From contig NC_068990.1 in NCBI RefSeq assembly GCF_001194135.2, forward strand, positions 54,171,109 through 54,235,108: a stretch of DNA of 64,000 nucleotides. The letters are read 5' to 3'. Below the pieces are notes generated by a model that worked only from the letters and a program-made list of their open reading frames with translations, made no database searches and was not told the origin of the DNA. Both the position numbers and the translations under genes were made by a program. The stretch is from Octopus bimaculoides. Its lineage: Eukaryota. Positions 40,818-53,536 of this stretch are shown in pieces (position 1 is the first letter of the stretch; each line of letters starts with the position of its first letter).

Positions 40818-41773
40818 GTATNNNNNNNNNNNNNNNNNNNNNNNNNNNNNNNNNNNNNNNNNNNNNNNNNNNNNNNNNNNNNNNNNNNNNNNNNNNNNNN
40901 NNNNNNNNNNNNNNNNNNNNNNNNNNNNNNNNNNNNNNNNNNNNNNNNNNNNNNNNNNNNNNNNNNNNNNNNNNNNNNNNNNNNNNNNNNNNNNNNNNNN
41001 NNNNNNNNNNNNNNNNNNNNNNNNNNNNNNNNNNNNNNNNNNNNNNNNNNNNNNNNNNNNNNNNNNNNNNNNNNNNNNNNNNNNNNNNNNNNNNNNNNNN
41101 NNNNNNNNNNNNNNNNNNNNNNNNNNNNNNNNNNNNNNNNNNNNNNNNNNNNNNNNNNNNNNNNNNNNNNNNNNNNNNNNNNNNNNNNNNNNNNNNNNNN
41201 NNNNNNNNNNNNNNNNNNNNNNNNNNNNNNNNNNNNNNNNNNNNNNNNNNNNNNNNNNNNNNNNNNNNNNNNNNNNNNNNNNNNNNNNNNNNNNNNNNNN
41301 NNNNNNNNNNNNNNNNNNNNNNNNNNNNNNNNNNNNNNNNNNNNNNNNNNNNNNNNNNNNNNNNNNNNNNNNNNNNNNNNNNNNNNNNNNNNNNNNNNNN
41401 NNNNNNNNNNNNNNNNNNNNNNNNNNNNNNNNNNNNNNNNNNNNNNNNNNNNNNNNNNNNNNNNNNNNNNNNNNNNNNNNNNNNNNNNNNNNNNNNNNNN
41501 NNNNNNNNNNNNNNNNNNNNNNNNNNNNNNNNNNNNNNNNNNNNNNNNNNNNNNNNNNNNNNNNNNNNNNNNNNNNNNNNNNNNNNNNNNNNNNNNNNNN
41601 NNNNNNNNNNNNNNNNNNNNNNNNNNNNNNNNNNNNNNNNNNNNNNNNNNNNNNNNNNNNNNNNNNNNNNNNNNNNNNNNNNNNNNNNNNNNNNNNNNNN
41701 NNNNNNNNNNNNNNNNNNNNNNNNNNNNNNNNNNNNNNNNNNNNNNNNNNNNNNNNNNNNNNNNNNNNNNNNN

Positions 41774-42075
41774 GCCGACCAAAGCCTTGTGAGTGGATTT
41801 GATAGACAGAAAACTGAAAGAAGCCCGTCGTATATATGTATATATATACATGTGTGTGTGTGTGTTTGTGTGTTTGTGTTTGTCCCCCCCCAACATCGCT
41901 TGACAACCGATGCTGGTGTGTTTATGTCCCCGTAACTTAGCAGTTCAGCAAAAGAGACCAATAGAATAAGTACTAGGCTTACAAAGAATAAGTCCTGGGG
42001 GCGATTTGCTCGACTAAAGGCGGTGCTCCAGCATGGCCACAGTCAAATTACTGAAACAAGTAAAAGAGTAAAAGA
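41774..42075 (+). mobile_element. Family-2 SINE body and tail (head lost in gap)
   Basis: gccgaccaaagccttgtgagtggatt...gcgatttgctcgactaaaggcggtgctccagcatggccacagtc...taaaagagtaaaagag. Confidence 0.85.
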
Positions 42076-42081
42076 GTAAAG

Positions 42082-43438
42082 AGACCATTGATTACAATCC
42101 CAGAAAGTCCATGAGTTCAATCCAAAAGATCTCGGTGTGTCAGAAGGTACAGTCAGAAATATTGTCCACAAAGACATCAGATACAAGTCTTATATGATGA
42201 GGAAAGGTCAATTTGCCAGAAAAAGCAAAAGAAAATCACGACATCAGATCTAAAATGCTCTTAAACAAACTGAAAAATCCAGCAGAGGAGGATTTGATTT
42301 GGTTTTTCTCAAACAAGAAAAACTTCAACCAAGATCAAAAAGTTAACAGAAGAAATGACAGATGGTTATGTGTATACCCTTCTGAAGTTCCAAGTGTTTT
42401 TGCATACAAAATTTCCTGCAGCTGTCATGGTTTTAGGGGTTGTCAGCAATGAAGGACATGTGATGCCTCCTTACTTCTTTCCACAAGGCCTTAGAGTTAA
42501 CTCTGCTGCCTACATTGAGGTCCTGGAAATAATTGTTTAGCCTGGATAGACAGTGTATGCAATAGAAGGCCATATGTATTTCAGTAAGACTGCACTATCA
42601 CACATGACTTTAGTAACACAGGAATGGATGGCTGAAAATTTTTATGATCATAACCCCTAACATTTGGCCTTCTAATTCCCCAGATTTCAATCCATTGGAC
42701 TTGTAGTGGCGTGAAATTATAGCCGCCATTGAGGAAGTACTATTCTGCGCATGCACAGGGAACTTCACCACCAGAAGCTCCTCGAGTTGCGCATGCGTAG
42801 TAAAACTCGTACTTAAGAGAGAGTTTCACTTTGTTAAGCGAGTTGAGCTGAGACCTTCTACGTAACAACACCTCGCTCCTCCACGAAGCACTTTTACACT
42901 GTTCTCTGGCAGGCATCAAGGAAGCCCTTAACCTTCCAATACCAACTACATCTCAATCAGCGGCTGCTAAGCTGAATGACAGGAATTGTGAAACCAAGCA
43001 TCATCATAAATAAAAACCTTTTTATTATATTGTTAATTGTTCTAATGTCTCTTCATTTATAATTATGTTGAAAGGTGATAGAGAGAGACTAAAGTCTCTA
43101 TGACAACTATCAAACCATTACAGACTACTTCATATGGAGCATTGTTGAGAGAGAGGTTGATGAACATGCCCATAACACCAAAGATTCTATGAAAGTTGCT
43201 GTAGTCAGAGTAATGTCCAAAATGAAACCAGGACTACATGATTCAAGCATGTAGATGATTAAGATCTCATACAGAAGCAGTTGTTGAAGCTGAAGGTGGC
43301 TTTATTGAATAACATTATAGAATAGGTTTTTTTTTTATCCTCATAGCATTTTTTGATAAATGAAGTGATTATCTGTAATTATATATCTGTTGTTTTATCA
43401 ACATAAATCTGTTCTCAAATATCTTACGCACCTTGTAC
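42082..43438 (+). mobile_element. Decayed Tc1/mariner transposon of the maT (DD37D-like) type, interrupted by a solo LTR
   Basis: FFSNKKNFNQDQKVNRRNDRW, VMVLGVVSNEGHVMPPYFF, NSPDFNPLD|YFIWSIVEREV joined across the insertion; right TIR-like end cttacgcaccttgTA. Confidence 0.82.
42702..43122 (+). mobile_element. Solo LTR (421 bp), probably Ty3/Gypsy
   Basis: Termini TGTAGTGG...CCATTACA, 4-bp TSD GACT (42698-42701 and 43123-43126), internal AATAAA; removing it restores the transposase PLDY motif. Confidence 0.88.
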
Positions 43439-43810
43439 ATATATATTTAAGTCACAGTATATGGAGTCAAGTACTCCAGTAGTAGTTATAAAAAAATCTC
43501 CTTAATGTATCATTCTACAAAACATGTAGAACATACAGCACAATAAGAGAGAAAACGATATGGAGTGTCGAGAGTCATAAATAACTGAGAAATAGTTTGA
43601 TGAAATTTTATCTAACAATAAAAAATTCAAATATCATGACAAATTGTTTAAATATAATAATATAAATTATTTACATGTTTTTAAGTCACAAAACAATTTG
43701 TCAAGATATTTGAATTTTCTTATTGTCAAATGAAATTTAAAATTTCATCAAACTATTTCTTTGTCATTTATGACTTTATATATACATATTATCCATATGA
43801 CAAAATCATG

Positions 43811-43860
<50 letters not shown>

Positions 43861-44189
43861 NNNNNNNNNNNNNNNNNNNNNNNNNNNNNNNNNNNNNNNN
43901 NNNNNNNNNNNNNNNNNNNNNNNNNNNNNNNNNNNNNNNNNNNNNNNNNNNNNNNNNNNNNNNNNNNNNNNNNNNNNNNNNNNNNNNNNNNNNNNNNNNN
44001 NNNNNNNNNNNNNNNNNNNNNNNNNNNNNNNNNNNNNNNNNNNNNNNNNNNNNNNNNNNNNNNNNNNNNNNNNNNNNNNNNNNNNNNNNNNNNNNNNNNN
44101 NNNNNNNNNNNNNNNNNNNATTGTATTATATCACTCTAAACTTTTTATGTTCTCTATATTTTTTTCCTTCCTCTCTATATGTAAAACAA

Positions 44190-44274
44190 ACATCCTGATG
44201 AAGGGAGTGTCTAATCTCTAATATGAGTACAACACCATATTAATAGACACATCTCAGAAACGGTCCGTAGATGT
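44190..44274 (+). ncRNA. Type I hammerhead ribozyme candidate (Penelope-associated)
   Basis: Stem I ACATC/GATGT, core CTGATGA, long stem II (GGGAGTGTCTA/TAGACAC-A-TCTC), GAAA, palindromic stem III ACGG-T-CCGT, GUA cleavage triplet at 44267-44269; A.A mismatch at the base of stem II. Confidence 0.6.
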
Positions 44275-44748
44275 ATACTTTTAACTTAACTTTTATATTA
44301 TATGTTTTTTTTGTTGTTTTTTTTTGAAATCCTGTCCTAATGTACACGTTTTTAATACAATACATGTAAATTTATAACTTCATCATACCGTATATATTTA
44401 CCCATTATATGTTATATCATAATGTACGTTTACACATCGTAATGTTTTAACTTTAATTGTCATATTTTTATACAACTTAGAAATCATGCATATTTATAAA
44501 TATTTTTTTATTTTGAGCATTCATATTTCTAAAGTTTTTATTGTTGTATTTGCTTGTTTTACCGTACCTTTTAGACACTTTAGAGACTGAATACTATAAA
44601 TTCATTTATTGATTCTTGAAGGAATTGAACACACATATTGTATCTTGCGTTGGACATATGGTATTATTCCTGTGATTTTCCACCCTTATGTATCCATTTT
44701 TACTATAAGATGTATATATATATATATGTATATACATACATAGCAAAG

Positions 44749-45060
44749 ATGTATATCAGAACGGCAGGCAACTCATTTGAGGAAAGATATATACAACACC
44801 TGGCGTCATTCAGAGACAAAAATTAAAAACATGCAACATCCCTGTCAAATATAATATGGATATTGGAAGGTGAAACAAGCAACCCCAGATAGAATGGAAA
44901 ATTATTGCTAAAGCCCAAAAATACTGCAGGCAGGTTACCAAATGTGAACTCTGCATTACTGAAAAACTAAACATTATACAATCAACAGATAACATCCTAA
45001 ACATTAGGGATGGAAACTTCTCTCCCTGCAAACATAAACAATATTTTGCACTCAAATACT
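44749..45060 (+). mobile_element. Penelope-like element GIY-YIG endonuclease C-terminal relic
   Basis: YIRTAGNSFEERYIQHLASFR*KHATSLSNIIW...IEWKIIAKAQKY...KCELCITEKLNII...NILNIR...PCKHK matches the PLE endonuclease C-terminal pattern. Confidence 0.8.
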
Positions 45061-48000
45061 CCAAAAAAGAGTCACCATCTACAACAGTAATCCCAACAGG
45101 ATAGCCTTTTTCCCGAACATGAAATCTGAACACACATAGCACACAAACTCCACATACAGAAGAAATATGTCCCAATGACAAATTACCTCATCACACAAGT
45201 ATAAGAACACCATACCCAGAACAAAAACAAAGTAATTCAAATTGACCACACAACAGTTTGCCCCAAAAGACAAACATTCAAAAGTAATATCCCTTGATTC
45301 ATTGTTTTATTCTCTGCAAACTAAATGAAGCTGTATTTTCCAAAATGGAGGCAAACACCTTTCTCCATATGATCAGTGGGAAAAATTGTTAAGATACTAG
45401 GATATTTTCCTACTTTTCTTAACATGAAACCAATGGTAGCCTTAATTCACAAATAAAGGAATTATATCCACCAATGCGGTGTTGAGCATTCATTTTCATA
45501 TCACTTGATATTTACACCCCCCCCCCCACACACACATATGTGGTATTTTTTATATGCTTAAAGCTTATAAAAAAATACCATTATTATTATTTACAGAATT
45601 TGTAAAATTCAACACCACTTAACAAAACCATTTGCACTGAAAGCACATACATAAAGTTTGTTTACAAAAACAACTATGAACTAATACAGTTCTTAAATTT
45701 GACAGAAAGGATTTGGCTGGTTCACTGGTGTAATCAGTATCACACTTAATGACGTTAACAATGGGATGTGGGTTCAAGTCCTATACATATGGGAAAGCCT
45801 ACTCTTTTCTGTCAAGGGCTTATACACCCCATTATTAGACTATTTTCCTTAGTCATTTGCACGGCACTCACTATAAGCTTTAAGCTTATAAAAAAATACC
45901 ATCGTTATTTACAGAATTGTAAAACTCGATACCTCTTAACAAAACCATTCGCACTGAAAGCATATAGATACACACACACACACACATTATCAGTGTACCA
46001 ATCAGACTATCAGATGTTCTTATGCACCACTGGCCACAATGCACTTCCAATCTTTCTTGATTGCACCCTTCTTTTCCATCTTAGCCAAAACTGCTTCACT
46101 AAATTTAGTTAATTAAATTGCAACATGTCCAGTTTAGTTAACTAAATTGGACAAGTTGCAAGATTCACAGGTGGACCTAGCAAATGCACAGATCCGCTTG
46201 TTGTCTTTGAACTTTGCAATGTGTCCAGTCAAGTAGAACTTGCACTTTTGGTATTCTTAGATCACATTATTCACTCTGTTCTGTGCCCCAATTATTTCAT
46301 TCCAGATATGCTCTTGTAATGATTCCCTAGCATGGATCTTTCCATGTCCCTTTTGCATTATAGCCAACTGATGAGCTCATGAGCTCCCCTCTTTGTAGCA
46401 GTTCATCTCTCACATCCAGAAATGATGATGTGGATGGTTTTGTCCAGCTTTATTTTGAGCACATCCTTCACAGAGATAAATGCCTTCCATTCTCTTCAAG
46501 ATTTCAGCATCCATGTCTCACTGCATATTCCTTGTGTGATCTAAATAGATGTGTGTGTGTGCGTGCGTGTGAGTGTGTGTGTGTGTGTGTGTGCATGTGT
46601 GTTAGTATCTCTTTGTCTTGACATCTTATGATAGTTTAAACATGTGTCCTCTTTGTACAAGTGGTACCCTTCACTTCCAATCTTTCAGGAAAAAAATGTC
46701 TGGCCATATTATTTTACTTGGAAATAGGCGAAGGTTGGTGGCAGGAAAGACAACTGGCTGTAGAAAAATCTGCCTCAACAAATTTCGTCTAAACCATGTG
46801 TACATGGAAGAGTGGACATTAAGACAATAATGATGATGATGATGTCAAATGAATTTAATGTTCTAGTTATATATATGATTGTCTAGCTATTAGGGGCTCC
46901 ATTGCCATTAGTTCCACTAATATGGAAGAATAAAATTTGACGTTAGTAAGGTGGTGAACTGGCAGAATTGTTAGCATGCAATGTGAAATGCTTAGCAACA
47001 TTTTGTCTGTCTTCACACTCTGAGTTCAAATTCTACCCAGATTTTGCCTTTCATCCTTTTGGGGTCAATAAAATAAGTACCAATTGAGTACTGGGTTTTA
47101 TGTAATTGACTTACTCATTTCCTTGAACTTACTGACCTTGTGCCAAAATTTGAAATCACTATTTAACATTAGTTTAGCTGTTGGTACTACTGGAAAGAAC
47201 TCATGTAATCTTAGGGATCTTCAGATTTTCTGTTATTTCTTGCTCTTTAGAAGGAATTGACAAGGAATGAAGCCAATCGTCTAATTTTGTTTTTTTTCTG
47301 TCCTAGCCAGTTCCACCTACTTTTCTATTGTGTATGTAGCCATATTGCTGCTGTTCTATTCTTTCCCCTTCTTTCATGTTTTAACCCCTCATCTCCTAGC
47401 ACAAAGGTGCCTCCCTCTCTATTGTAGCCTCATTCAATGAGGGATTTTTTAGTCTTGCAAGCTGCATAATAACCTCAATAATGCTAGTGCCATGAAAAAA
47501 GGCAACCAATACACTCTGTAAAATGGACTTTGTTAGGGAAGTCATCCAACTGTAGAAACCATGTCAAAGCAAACACTGGAGCATGATGCAGTCCTAGGAC
47601 CCATTAAGTCCTGTTAATTCATCTAACCTAGCATGGGACATGGATGTTGAAAGATGATGATGATGATGATATTTACTTGATGGTCAGGTTTTTACTGCTC
47701 CTTGCATTAAATATGTCAGCATTAACTTAGCTATTATTTTTTCTGCAATGGTATCTCTGAGTAATATTCTCTGAATGTTACTTGTTTTTCTATGTACATT
47801 GTTTTATATATACTCAGTGATTCTATAGTTATTAATTCAGCTAGAATAGCAAATGCTCTGCTTTATTGATGAAGTCAGAATAGCATCAACATATGTTTAG
47901 AGTTGCTTTCTGTTATTTCCTGAAACATAAAATATTAGTGCTTGCTAAACATTTTTTTTTCCACATTATCCATTTATTTGTAGTTAGGCATCCCTTTTTT

Positions 48001-48514
48001 TAAAGCTCCCTACACTGTTAGATATGTTAATCGTAACTTAACTATTTACCTATATTTGGGTAAATTTTGCAGGTGGTGGATGGGTTGTTAGAGATGACAT
48101 CCAGTATTACAGGCCAACAAAATCCTAATCAGTTAGAGCTAATGGGAATGAAGTTTTCAACATGAATAGAAGTAACAGTCAAATTTCCTTCAAATCACAT
48201 TCTACCATCTTAAAAAAAGAAAGATGCATTAGATAATATAGTTCTTCACTCCCCATTAAAATAACAGGATGGTTACAACCAGAATATCATGACCATCATA
48301 GATGAGTTTGATTTGACTGACCTGGAGGTGTGTGTGTGTGGTGGGGGTAAACAATTGCTTTAAAGTTCTTCCCTACACTCATCACATTTAACATTATTAC
48401 TCTATGTAAAGCTATAAAATACAGCTATTAAGTGTTAATTACTTTGTTCTTGAACATGACATAATAATGGAAGAGGAAATAATTCTCCAATAGTATAATG
48501 TATAGTAAATTATG

Positions 48515-48825
48515 AATTTATGGTACTTGATTATACATTAATTCATAATACTTTATTAACTTGTTCTACTTTATTAATTCATGGTGCCTTACTAATTCCT
48601 TGTACTTATCATATTTTAATTAATTGTACATTATTAATTTATGGTCCTTTATTAATTCATGATTCTTTGTTATATATTAATTCATTGTAGTTTATTAAAT
48701 CATGGTACTTTATTAATTCATTGTATTTTATCAATCCATTGTACTTTATAATTTCATGGTCCTTTATTAATTCATTGTACTTCATTAATTCATGGAGCTT
48801 TGTTAATTCAAGGTACTTGATTCAT
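48515..48825. repeat. ~18-bp AT-rich minisatellite (ctttattaattcatggta)n
   Basis: About 15 diverged tandem units. Confidence 0.85.
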
Positions 48826-48869
48826 TCAGTAGCAGAGATACTTGCTCGAGAATAAAATGGCATAGTTTT

Positions 48870-49165
48870 TTTATAGTTTTACTTGTTTCAATCATGTGAC
48901 TGTAGCCATGCAGGAGCACCGTCATTGGTCAAACAAATCAACCACAGGATTTATTCTTTGTAAGCCTAGTACTTCTTCCATCAATGTCTTTTGCTGAATC
49001 ACTAGGTTATGGGAACATAAACACAGCAGCCATTGGTTGTCAAGCAATGGTGGGGGTACAAACACAGACACACAAACAAACAAATATACACATATATACG
49101 ACAATCTTCTTTCAGTTTCCATGTACAAAATCCACTCACAAAGCTTTGGTCAGTCTGAGGCTATA
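48870..49165 (-). mobile_element. Family-2 SINE body
   Basis: Reverse complement of the 41774-42075 copy. Confidence 0.8.
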
Positions 49166-49304
49166 ATATATATTTATATCCATATATATATATATATATA
49201 TATATAATAATTTTCCCAGAGGATGTAGCAACCGTTACCAATATAGCATTTGAATTTGAAGTCTCTGTCTCTTTTGAATATGAAAATTTAAAAGTTTAAA
49301 AACC

Positions 49305-49342
<38 letters not shown>

Positions 49343-49714
49343 AAGGGGTTTGTATGATAGTGTATAGAGGAATATATTATTCAAAAGAATTCCAACTCTG
49401 TTNNNNNNNNNNNNNNNNNNNNNNNNNNNNNNNNNNNNNNNNNNNNNNNNNNNNNNNNNNNNNNNNNNNNNNNNNNNNNNNNNNNNNNNNNNNNNNNNNN
49501 NNNNNNNNNNNNNNNNNNNNNNNNNNNNNNNNNNNNNNNNNNNNNNNNNNNNNNNNNNNNNNNNNNNNNNNNNNNNNNNNNNNNNGATAGATAGATATAT
49601 AAGGTATTTGGATTCTGCCATGGAGGAAGCTGATGTTCAACTTAGGTGTTTGCTGACTATACTGTTTTGGTTTCTCACTTGTTTATAATCAGGTGTAGAA
49701 TTGTATGAATGCGG

Positions 49715-50356
49715 TGTAGAGCATTAAGTTGACAAAACTTTTAGAATACGTTATAAGTTATTTATTAAAATTTGAAATGGTAACATTTGCTATATCACAC
49801 CAGGTAAACTATAATAAATGAAAAAATGTTCACAAGAAACAAATTCAGTTGTGGTATTTGTGATGTAGGAATTGTTGTTTGTGTATCTATGTGTTTTCGC
49901 GTGTTTGAAAAGACAAAGTATGTGTGTACAAAAGAACCTTACTTGTATAACAGTTGTTGTAGCGATGAGTGCTCTCGGGCTAGTAGTTAGTCAGCAGTCG
50001 CGACGTCTCAATTAGACAGATGACCATCCTTGCAAAGTGTGTGGGGTCATGCCAGCAACTCACTTTTCTTGGCCAAATGTCCCTCTATTTATAACATTTG
50101 GTGGTCAAAGCACTGACAAGTGAAGCTATGTCTGGCCAACGTTCCCTTGATTTATGGTGTCGAAAGCCAAGTGTTTTGACCGTTAATTTTTGCCAAACAT
50201 TTTCTTTGTCATTTGTTATCTATCGTGAATCCCTTAGTTTTGAATGTGTGGTCTTTTGCTGAGAAAATATACTTTTGACTGTGGGAAACATTTTCCTCTG
50301 ATGTCGAGTTGTGAGTTGAGAGATTTGGGTTCAGTTTTGAGTCAAAATCTCTCACA
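49715..50356 (-). repeat. 3' LTR of element A (~640 bp)
   Basis: PPT GGGGAGGGGAGTAG directly followed by TGTGAGAG at 50356; TATA-like TATAAATAG and AATAAA inside; the 3' end at ...CTCTACA (49715) is less certain. Confidence 0.7.
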
Positions 50357-52726
50357 CTACTCCCCTCCCCAGAAAGTTTCCTGGTACAGAAAAAAGGAAA
50401 TTTTCTATATAGCGTGAAACAGAAAAGCATAATTGTGAAAAAACGCAGTCTTAGTTGGGCACTAGATGCATGGTATTTAAATGCATGTATATAATGACTT
50501 GTGAGTTTGGAAATATGCGTGCACATGAATGCGGCAATTTATAAAGTAATTAAATGGCATATATACAACAAATGAAGCAAAAGTAAAATAAGGTAAAGTA
50601 CATAATTGCAAGGCATGCAAAGGGAATATATCGTATAGAGGTAAATGTTCATTACGTGCATAATTGTCCCAAGGATTAAAAACAATTTTTTTTGTTTATT
50701 AGTTTGTGAGTAACTGTTCAATTGTATAAGTGTTCGTTCATGTAAATGTTCATTGGTGTAATTGTTCACTGGAGTAAATGTTGAAGTGTGGGAATCACTT
50801 ACGTGGGGGTGTTTTTTTTCCTCTTTTTTTTTTTAATATAGAAGACTTGTACATATTTTGCCGGCCAACAAACTCTTCTGCCGCTTTTTGTGTGAGGGTG
50901 TTGTGGAGACTTTGATGTACTGGTGGGAAATGCTGATGCAGTTATATCACTTCGATGCGTAGTCGATGGTGGTGATGATGGTGGTGCCGTATCAGGTTCC
51001 ATGATGGCTTTCTTGAGCCGATCGATACTAATGGTATTCTGTTTACCATTTACATCGACAACGAAGTATTTCTCCCATTTTTGCAGTACTTTGTAAAGGC
51101 CGGAATACGGTGGGCGGATTTGTGCTGGTATTCCATCATTTCTAACAAACACGTGTCCATTGATTAATGTCCGTGGGGACATATGTAACAGTTTCCTGCA
51201 GGCGAGGTGGGTTTGGTTACAGCTGCGATATATGTGCACGTAGGCGATGCACATGTTGTGGGATCTGGGATATCCTATGGAATTACTGGAGCAATCATTT
51301 GTCCAGGCAGGGTTAATGTGGTACCGTAAACGAGTTCAGCCGGTGAGTATCTGATCTCATCCTTGACGGATGTACGGATACCAAGCAGGATTAACGGAAG
51401 GAAACCTATCCAATTGTTTACATCAGGGTATGCCTGTATGGCTGATTTCAGTTGCCTGTGGAATCTCTCCACCATGCTGTTTGCTGCTAGATGGTATGCT
51501 GTAGTGCGACAGTGTTTGGAACCGATGAGTAAGCTCACTGAAAAGGTGGCAGTCAAATTGTCTTCCTCTGTCTGTCGTGATGATAGCAGGGATACCAAAA
51601 CATGATACCCAGTGTGATATCAGCACTTTAGCCATAGTTTCTACTGTGGTATCAGAGAGAGGGAAAGCTTTGGGCCATCGTGAAAAGCGGTCGATACAAG
51701 TGAGTAGATGTGTATAGTTGTGAGATGGAGGTAGAGGTCCAATGATATCTATGTGGATGTATTGGAAACGATTGTCTGGTGCTGTAAAATTACCAAAGGG
51801 TGACTTGACATGTCTGTGTACTTTTGCCTTTTGACATGCAACGCAACTTTTAACCCAGTCGCGGATGTTTTTATTGATGTTCATCCACACAAAGTGAGTT
51901 GCTATCATCCTCTGTGTGGGACAAACGCCCGGATGTGACACACCGTGTAAGGCAGTGAAAATTTTCCGTCTGTGTTGTTCGAGGACATATGGGCGCTCGT
52001 GTCCTGTGGAAACATCACACCATATTTGATTGGTTGAAGAAGATAGTGGGCAGAGTTGGAATTTGAGGGACGATGAATTTCGTAACTTATTAAGTTCTTC
52101 ACCATCCTCTTGGTCTGCTGCAATCTGCTGTAACTCAATCGGTTCCAAAGTATGCAGTGCATTAAGGTGGGCGCAGGACAAGGTGTCTGCGGCTGTGTTA
52201 TCAGAACCTTTAACGTACTGAATGTCAGTTGAATATTAAGAGATAAAATCAAGGTGACGGATTTCTCTCGGAGAATGTCGGTCATTCTTCGTTTTAAAAG
52301 CATAAACCAGTGGTTTGTGATCCGTGTAGATGCTGAAGGCAGTCCCTTCAAGCATATGGTGAAAATGTTTAACAGAAAGGTATGCAGCGAGTAGTTCTCG
52401 TCCGAAAGTGTTGTATTTAATTTCTGTGGGCTGTAGTCGCTTGGAGAAGAAGGATAGTGGTTACCAAATTCCATCCACAAACTATTGCAGAATGCCACCG
52501 ATTCCAGTCTGAGAGGCGTCAACCACTAATGCGAGTGGAGCATCAGGTTTGGGATGAACTAGCATCGTAGCTGTAGCTAGCATATCCTTTAGCTTGTTGA
52601 AGGAGGCTAGTTGTGTGTCACATAATGTAATTGCTTGCTTCTTCTTTTTTGTCGGTCTGTTGCGCAGGACGTCGGTAAGCAGTTAAGCTGCTTCTGCGCA
52701 CCTTGGAAGAAAATGACGGGAGAAAT

Positions 52727-53536
52727 TCACCAGTCCCAAAAATCACGGAGTTTCCGAAGAGACATAGGGATAGGAAAATTCACTATGGCTTCCACTTTGT
52801 CAGGCAGAGGACAAATTCCGTCTTTGTCAACGACGTGCCTGAGGAAAGGAAGAGGTGAGACACCGAAAATGCATTTACTTGTGTTAATGGCTATGCCATA
52901 ATCAGTCAGTCGCTGGAAAAGTTGTTGGAGGTGATCTTTGTGTTCAGCCTCAGAGGCGCTCGCTACTAGCATATCATCGATATATGCGTAGACGAAGGGT
53001 AAACCTCTTGTGACAGTGTTGATGAAACGCTGAAATGTTTGCGATGCATTACGTAATCCAAACGGCATTTGCAAGAATTGATATGTACCGAAAGAAGTGG
53101 CAATTGTGGTTTTGGGGACATTGACCGATTCAATGGGTATTTGATTGAAGGCCCGAATTAAATCTAATTTGGAGAAAATCCGTGCTCCATTCAGCAAGGC
53201 AGAAAAATCCTGCAAGTATGGTATGGGATAGGTGTCAGCCACTGTAGCTTTGTTGAGAGCTCTGTAATCTCTGCATGGATGCCAACCATTTGTTTCCTTC
53301 TTAGGAACTAAATGAAGGGAGATGGAGCAACTGCTCTTCGACGGTTGAATGATCCCTAGATTTAGCATGTGTGGGAATTCCTGCTTTGCTATGTGCAAGC
53401 GGTCTGGGGGCAGCCTCCTCAGTCGCGATGCTACTGGTGGGCCTGTGGTCTCGATACAATGTTCGATGCCATGTTTAATCTCGGTGTTTCTAAATACCGG
53501 CCTTGTGATATCCGGAAACTGGCAAAGAACATCCAA
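52727..53536 (-). pseudogene. pol: Element A reverse transcriptase (open segment)
   Basis: ORF track 269 aa with RT motifs including YIDD; loses frame after LRKLR. Confidence 0.9.

Noticed and set aside
35616-48825. Short tandem arrays (36070-36375, 48515-48825) as CRISPR-like
   Set aside because: Degenerate units with no unique spacers, in a eukaryotic context; ordinary minisatellites.
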